From positions 9,675 through 73,674 of the forward strand of contig JAXHVK010000001.1 in NCBI GenBank assembly GCA_034211135.1: a stretch of DNA of 64,000 nt, given 5' to 3'. How positions within the stretch are numbered: position 1 is the stretch's first letter; each line of letters begins with the position of its first letter. Made by a program: the position numbers and the translations under genes. The stretch is from Pseudomonadota bacterium. Its GTDB lineage: Bacteria > Pseudomonadota > Alphaproteobacteria > Sphingomonadales > Sphingomonadaceae. The notes under the pieces are model-generated. The model ran no database searches. It was given only the letters and a program-made list of their open reading frames with translations, and had not been told where the DNA came from. Positions 59,381-64,000 of this stretch are shown here, one piece after another.

Positions 59381-61438
59381 TCACTCGGCCGCAGTGGCGA
59401 AGGCGTTACCGGTGACAGGTTCATCATCGGTGATGACGGCGGAATCGCCCATGGCCGGTTCGCCGCCGTTATCCGCCGATTGCGCTTCGCTTTCAGGGAG
59501 AGCCGGCATGCGCAGGACTTCGGGCAACCAACCGGTTCCTTCGAGAAGCTCTTCGGCCGCCGCGACCATGTCCGGTTTCTTGAGGCCGGCGATGCGGTCT
59601 GATGCTTCCGCGCCCTTCGCCTCGCGCACGGCCTCCAGAATGCGGGCCTTGGTGACGCGAGCGAGATAGCTCTCGCCCGTCGGCGCCCAGCCCGCCGCCG
59701 CCATGTCGAGACCGAGCGTCGCCGCCAGCACATCGGCATGGGCGAGCGCCCGCGGACGGCGGTTGTACGGTTCCTGGACGACGTTGACGGTCATGGCGAC
59801 GCAATGTGCGAACAGCGCCTCGCGGCTGTCGTTGTCGAACCCGACCAGTGCCTCCCACAGATCCTCAGGCGCTTTCGGCAGCGCCCCTAGCCAGCTCGTC
59901 GTGCGATCGTCGATGCTGAGCGCATAGGCCGTGTCGCCGAGACCCGGCGCCTGAGCGCCGAAACCGGCGCTGTGCGGCGTGATCTCGACGCAGCTATCCA
60001 GCGGATAGTGATAGAAGAGCGGCAGCGTCATCGCGTGCAGGGCGGCGAGGAACGCCGTCTGCGGGTCGTTGGCGAGTGCGTCGCGAAGGGCGAGCGTGCG
60101 ATGCGCTGTCAACTCCATGACGAGGCGGTCGGAGAGCGGCTTCAGGCCATCGTCTTCCTCTTCCGCCTCTTCGCTGGCGTCGGGGGTCGTAACTTCGTCG
60201 ACGTCCTCGTCGTTGGAGGCGGTAATCCCGTCGACCTCATCCTGCCCATCGGATTCGACCGAAGGTTCATCCTCGGGGCGGACATAGCCACGTTCGGCGC
60301 GCAGGCGGCCGTCTTGACCGATGCTGACGAAGACGCCGGCCATGGCGATTTCATCCGGCTCGAAGCGGACGGGCCGCTCCTGCAAGGCTTCCATCGCCGT
60401 TTCGATCTCGCCGAGCCGGGTGTCGATCTCTTCCGGGAATTCCTCGGCGTCGGCGTACTCGTCTTCAAGCTGATCGTACTCGGCCTTCAGCGCGTGGAAG
60501 CTCGCGATCTCGTCCTCGCTCATCGGCTCGGTCTCGCCGATGATCCGGCGCAGACCGTAGGTATGGCCGTAGGGAAAGTCCGTGCCGATCTCGATCCATT
60601 TCCAGCCCTCGGCGCGGATTGCTTCCGCATCGGTTTCGAGCTTTTCATCGACGAGTTTCGCAAGCAGGCCTGCATCCTGCAGCCAACCGCCATCATCGGA
60701 CTGGAAGAGATCGCGAAGGATGCCGCCGCCGGCCGCCTCATAGGCGCCCAGCCCGACGAACTGCGCCCGCCGGTCGGAGGCGCGCACGGCGCCTTCGGTC
60801 AGCATGCGGCGGATTTCATAGGGCTGTTTCGCGTAAGTCCGTTTGATCGACTCCCAGACCTGTTCCTGGCGCTCATGGTCGGGATTGACCGTGAAGGCCA
60901 TGAGCTGGTCGAGGGTCAGTTCCTCCTCGGCGTAGGCGTCGAGAAGCGACGGCGCGATAGCGGCGAGCTTAAGCCGCTGCTTGACAACATTCGCCGAGAC
61001 AAAGAAGGCCGCCGCGATCTCTTCCTCGCTCTTGCCTTTCTCGCGCATCGCCTGGAAGGCGCGGAACTGGTCGAGCGGATGAAGCGGCGCACGCTGAACA
61101 TTCTCGGCGAGACTGTCTTCTTCGGCGAGGCCGTCCGTTCGCACGATGCAGGGCACGGGCGCTGTGCGGTTCAGCCGCTTCTGCTTGACCAGTAGTTCGA
61201 GCGCCCGGTAGCGGCGTCCGCCGGCCGGGATCTCGAACATGCCGGTTTCCGCGCCGTCCTCGTCCAGCACCGGCCGGACGGTGATCGAGGACAGGAGCGT
61301 GCGCCGGGCGATGTCCTCGGCGAGCTCCTCGATCGAGACGCCGGCCTTGATGCGCCGAACATTGGACTGGCTCAGCACCAGCTTGTTGAAGGGGATGTCG
61401 CACGAGGCGCTGAGGGTGATTTTCTGAGACTTGGTCAT
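59381..61438 (-). CDS. ParB-like nuclease domain protein
   Basis: SQSNVR, AGGRR and SLAENVQR; long C-terminus. Confidence 0.9.
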   Translation of the reverse strand: MTKSQKITLSASCDIPFNKLVLSQSNVRRIKAGVSIEELAEDIARRTLLSSITVRPVLDEDGAETGMFEIPAGGRRYRALELLVKQKRLNRTAPVPCIVRTDGLAEEDSLAENVQRAPLHPLDQFRAFQAMREKGKSEEEIAAAFFVSANVVKQRLKLAAIAPSLLDAYAEEELTLDQLMAFTVNPDHERQEQVWESIKRTYAKQPYEIRRMLTEGAVRASDRRAQFVGLGAYEAAGGGILRDLFQSDDGGWLQDAGLLAKLVDEKLETDAEAIRAEGWKWIEIGTDFPYGHTYGLRRIIGETEPMSEDEIASFHALKAEYDQLEDEYADAEEFPEEIDTRLGEIETAMEALQERPVRFEPDEIAMAGVFVSIGQDGRLRAERGYVRPEDEPSVESDGQDEVDGITASNDEDVDEVTTPDASEEAEEEDDGLKPLSDRLVMELTAHRTLALRDALANDPQTAFLAALHAMTLPLFYHYPLDSCVEITPHSAGFGAQAPGLGDTAYALSIDDRTTSWLGALPKAPEDLWEALVGFDNDSREALFAHCVAMTVNVVQEPYNRRPRALAHADVLAATLGLDMAAAGWAPTGESYLARVTKARILEAVREAKGAEASDRIAGLKKPDMVAAAEELLEGTGWLPEVLRMPALPESEAQSADNGGEPAMGDSAVITDDEPVTGNAFATAAE

Positions 61439-61444
61439 ATCAGT

Positions 61445-61497
61445 TCTCCGCGACGGGCTGGCCGAAAGCCTCTCTCTCGACCTCCAAACCCGTCACG
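61445..61497. repeat. Structured leader repeat, copy A (before parB)
   Basis: Near-identical to 62768-62821. Confidence 0.85.
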
Positions 61498-61541
61498 AAA
61501 AACCCGGCCCGCCTCTTCCTCTTGAGGAAGCGACGGACCGG
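61498..61541 (-). terminator. Rho-independent terminator after DUF932
   Basis: Long GC-rich stem (CCGGTCCGTCGCTTCCTC / GAGGAAGAGGCGGGCCGG) followed by GTTTTT. Confidence 0.7.
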
Positions 61542-61563
61542 AGAGGCGGAGCGCTGGCCGCAG

Positions 61564-62760
61564 CTACGCCGCGCGCTCCAGGAGCTTCTTCGCCTTGCCC
61601 TCCATATCGAGCCGGGCGTCCTGCTGAGGTTTCGAGCGGGCGACGGCGGTGATGCCCTGCACGAAGTCGAACACGGACTCGGGCGGCCGGCCTTCCTCGG
61701 CGAGGACTGTCTCAACGATCCTGGCCGTTTCCGCCTTGGAGAAGCCCCGCCTACGGAGGAAGTCGGTGCGATCGTCATCGTTGCGCGCGACGATCCGCTC
61801 GCGCGCTGCTCGAATGCCTTCGACGAAAGGCCGCGGCGAGGAATCTGCGAAGCGGGTCAGAGCTGGCGCCGCCTCGTGCGCGAAGCGATTGGCGGCGTAT
61901 TTGGAGTGCCGGATGCTGATTTCCTGGAAGTCCTCGACGCCCCAAAGATTGCGGTTCTGGCAGACGGCGCGCAGATAGAAACTGGCGATGCCGAGCGTCT
62001 TCGCGCCGACCTCCGAGTTCCAGCAATAGAAGCCCCGGAAATAGAGATCCGGAGATCCGTCGGGCAGCTTGCCCGCTTCGATCGGGTTCATGTCGTCGAC
62101 CAGGAAGAGGAAGACGTCTCGGTCGGAGGCGTAGAGCGTGGTCGTGTCCTTGGTGATGTCGACCATCGGATTGTAGACGCCGCTCGACCAGTCGAGCGTG
62201 CCGGGCACTTTCCAGCGGGTATCGCCAGTGCCGTTCCCCGCGATCTTCTGCACCGCTGCGACGAGTTCATGGTCGTAGATGCGGCCATAGTCCGGGCCGG
62301 TGACGGCGCGCAGTTCCGTGCGCCCGTCTTCGGTTTCCAGCGTCTTGATCTGTTCGGCCCGGTGCGAGGTGAGCCCGTATTGCAGGTTGATGCCCGCAAG
62401 CGGCGCCGGGAGCTGGCGAAGATAGGCCGCTGGCGCGCTGACGAGGCTTGCAAGCTGGCCGAAGCTCCAATGGGTCGGCGCGACCGGGGCCTCGGCTTCA
62501 GGCAGGATGAGCGCCAGGTTTTCCGGATCGTCGCGATGGGCTTCAACGCGGATCGCCGCGCTCTCGACCGTCCGCGTGCGGCTGCGCTCGGCGCGGCCTT
62601 TCACCGACGCGTAGAGCTCCGACAGGGACAGATAGCGTTCGTCATCCGGCCGCGAAAACCATTCCGAGGAAACGCGGCCGATCCGCTCTCCGCGCGAGAT
62701 ATCAACTTTGTAGCCGCCGCTCGCGTCGCGTCGGCCGTCCAGGGTTTCAAGGTTCGTCAT
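61564..62760 (-). CDS. DUF932 domain protein
   Basis: WFSRPDDERYLSL, THWSFGQL, YASDRDVF and CQNRNLWG. Confidence 0.88.
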   Translation of the reverse strand: MTNLETLDGRRDASGGYKVDISRGERIGRVSSEWFSRPDDERYLSLSELYASVKGRAERSRTRTVESAAIRVEAHRDDPENLALILPEAEAPVAPTHWSFGQLASLVSAPAAYLRQLPAPLAGINLQYGLTSHRAEQIKTLETEDGRTELRAVTGPDYGRIYDHELVAAVQKIAGNGTGDTRWKVPGTLDWSSGVYNPMVDITKDTTTLYASDRDVFLFLVDDMNPIEAGKLPDGSPDLYFRGFYCWNSEVGAKTLGIASFYLRAVCQNRNLWGVEDFQEISIRHSKYAANRFAHEAAPALTRFADSSPRPFVEGIRAARERIVARNDDDRTDFLRRRGFSKAETARIVETVLAEEGRPPESVFDFVQGITAVARSKPQQDARLDMEGKAKKLLERAA

Positions 62761-62767
62761 GGGTCAA

Positions 62768-62821
62768 TCTCCGTGGGCGGGCCGGCCGAGAGCCTCTCTC
62801 TCGACCTCCAAACCCGTCACG
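62768..62821. repeat. Structured leader repeat, copy B (before DUF932)
   Basis: Near-identical to 61445-61497. Confidence 0.85.
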
Positions 62822-63072
62822 GCGAGAGCCGCCGAACTCTCACTCTCTCTTGCACCTGCGAAAGCAAAGAATCTCAGCCTTGCGACACCGCCCCAACAAG
62901 AAGGTCGTTGGCAATATGTTGGCGTCCAGACGGCATATTTGCATCGATATTTGGCGCAAATTTCTCCAAAATATTTCGAAATATGGCATGAAATTCATGG
63001 AATCTATTGACTCAAAGAGATGTAGAAACTACCTGAATTTCAGCGAAGGATGCAGAAGGCGGTGATAGATTG

Positions 63073-63303
63073 ATGTCTGAAGACAGCGAGAAACGGGAGA
63101 AGTTTGTTCGGCTGGCCGAGGGGCGGACTCAGTCTGCGCTCGACGCCATTCGGAAACTTGGCAATCTCTCGAACCGCCGGGCTTACGAATACAACGATGC
63201 TGACGTGAAGAAGATCATCAAAGCGCTCCGAGATGCGACAGGCGAGATAGAGCGAAAGTTCGGATCGACTTCGGGCGATGGCGCAGACAAGTTCAAGCTG
63301 TAG
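63073..63303 (+). CDS. Small helical conserved protein
   Basis: KREKFVRLAEGRT...IRKLGNLSNRRAYEY...DVKKI; I recall this family preceding restriction/defence operons; preceded by TTGACT-N17-TACCTG. Confidence 0.65.
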   Translation: MSEDSEKREKFVRLAEGRTQSALDAIRKLGNLSNRRAYEYNDADVKKIIKALRDATGEIERKFGSTSGDGADKFKL

Positions 63304-63315
63304 GGGGCGCAATCC

Positions 63316-64000
63316 ATGAAGGCTGAACCACTTAACATTCGCGACAAGCGATTTCTCATAAACCGGCTGATCGAACAGGCGCCCGTGAGCACGCTGGTTC
63401 GCGAGTTCTTCAAGAATGCCGACGAAAGCGCTGTTCTGGCGGAAGCGGGGAATCGTCGTATCGAAATCTACCCCACGACGATCGATGGCGTACGCAAGCT
63501 GACCTTCTGGAACACGGGCGTGGGCATGGACGATAGAGAGTTGAAGCAAGCGACCGATCTATCGTCTTCGATCAACAAAGAGATGGCGCTTGATGGCAAT
63601 TTCGGGATTGGGGCGAAGGTCTCAGGTCTCACCATGTCGCGCGAAGGGATACGCTATCGGTCGTGCAAGAGTGGCATCGTCAACGAAGTCACCATCGGCT
63701 TCGATGCTGACGAAGGCACCTATGTCCGCTTTCCTGTCGAATTGCCTGACGGCAGCTCCGACACTGTCTATGACGTTACCGACGTGGCCCGTGAAGCGGG
63801 ACAGGACACCGCGTTCGACTGGACGGAAGTCGTCCTGCTCGGTCAAAGCGAAGATCACGACACCGTAGCCGAGCCGCTGGGCAAAGGGAAAAGTCTGGAC
63901 CGAAGCTTCATTCCGTCGGCGATCTTCCGGCGTTTTGCGCGTTTTGGAGAGGGAGTCGAAGTTCGCGTCGATGTTGCCATGACCAAAGGCGGCGGCAAAG
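63316..64000 (+). CDS. GHKL (HATPase_c, MORC/HtpG-like) ATPase, N-terminal 228 aa, runs off the window
   Basis: Manual translation is open to the window end: MKAEPLN...REFFKNADES (N box), WNTGVGMD (G1), GNFGIGAK (G2). Absent from the ORF track. Confidence 0.8.
   Translation, partial: MKAEPLNIRDKRFLINRLIEQAPVSTLVREFFKNADESAVLAEAGNRRIEIYPTTIDGVRKLTFWNTGVGMDDRELKQATDLSSSINKEMALDGNFGIGAKVSGLTMSREGIRYRSCKSGIVNEVTIGFDADEGTYVRFPVELPDGSSDTVYDVTDVAREAGQDTAFDWTEVVLLGQSEDHDTVAEPLGKGKSLDRSFIPSAIFRRFARFGEGVEVRVDVAMTKGGGK

Noticed and set aside
59972-62991. 407-aa and 489-aa plus-strand ORFs opposite parB and DUF932
   Set aside because: Antisense shadow frames; the minus-strand genes carry clear family motifs.

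Overview
The window has two parts. Positions 1 to ~21,970 are ordinary alphaproteobacterial core chromosome: purD/xseA, rpmB, tadA, RNase T2, nadC, a LytS/LytTR pair, DsbA, M48 peptidases and MmcB. Gene content and order suggest Sphingomonadales/Erythrobacteraceae (inference). From a tRNA-Arg(CCG) locus at ~22 kb to the window end is a Trb-type (P-type T4SS) integrative conjugative element (ICE) of the Tn4371/ICEMlSym-like class; its integrase and far attachment site are not in the window. The ICE carries ~10 kb of regulator-plus-enzyme cargo (redox/detoxification-like), trbB-trbI, the TraG coupling protein, a relaxase, a candidate oriT and traF/DUF2840/rdfS. It also has a QseC-QseM-FseA-type transfer switch and the DUF736, DUF2493, toprim, ParB and DUF932 backbone genes. 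Main points of interest: (1) the FseA activator is split by a +1 programmed frameshift motif and also has a premature TGA that removes its last 34 codons, so the element may be locked in place; (2) a truncated 5' half-tRNA lies 136 bp upstream of a complete tRNA-Arg whose anticodon stem differs; (3) an Abi_C-type gene sits inside the regulatory module; (4) structured leaders are repeated in front of backbone genes; (5) a small helical protein and a GHKL ATPase running off the right edge may begin an uncharacterised defence locus. All family calls come from motif recognition and recall; no searches were run.
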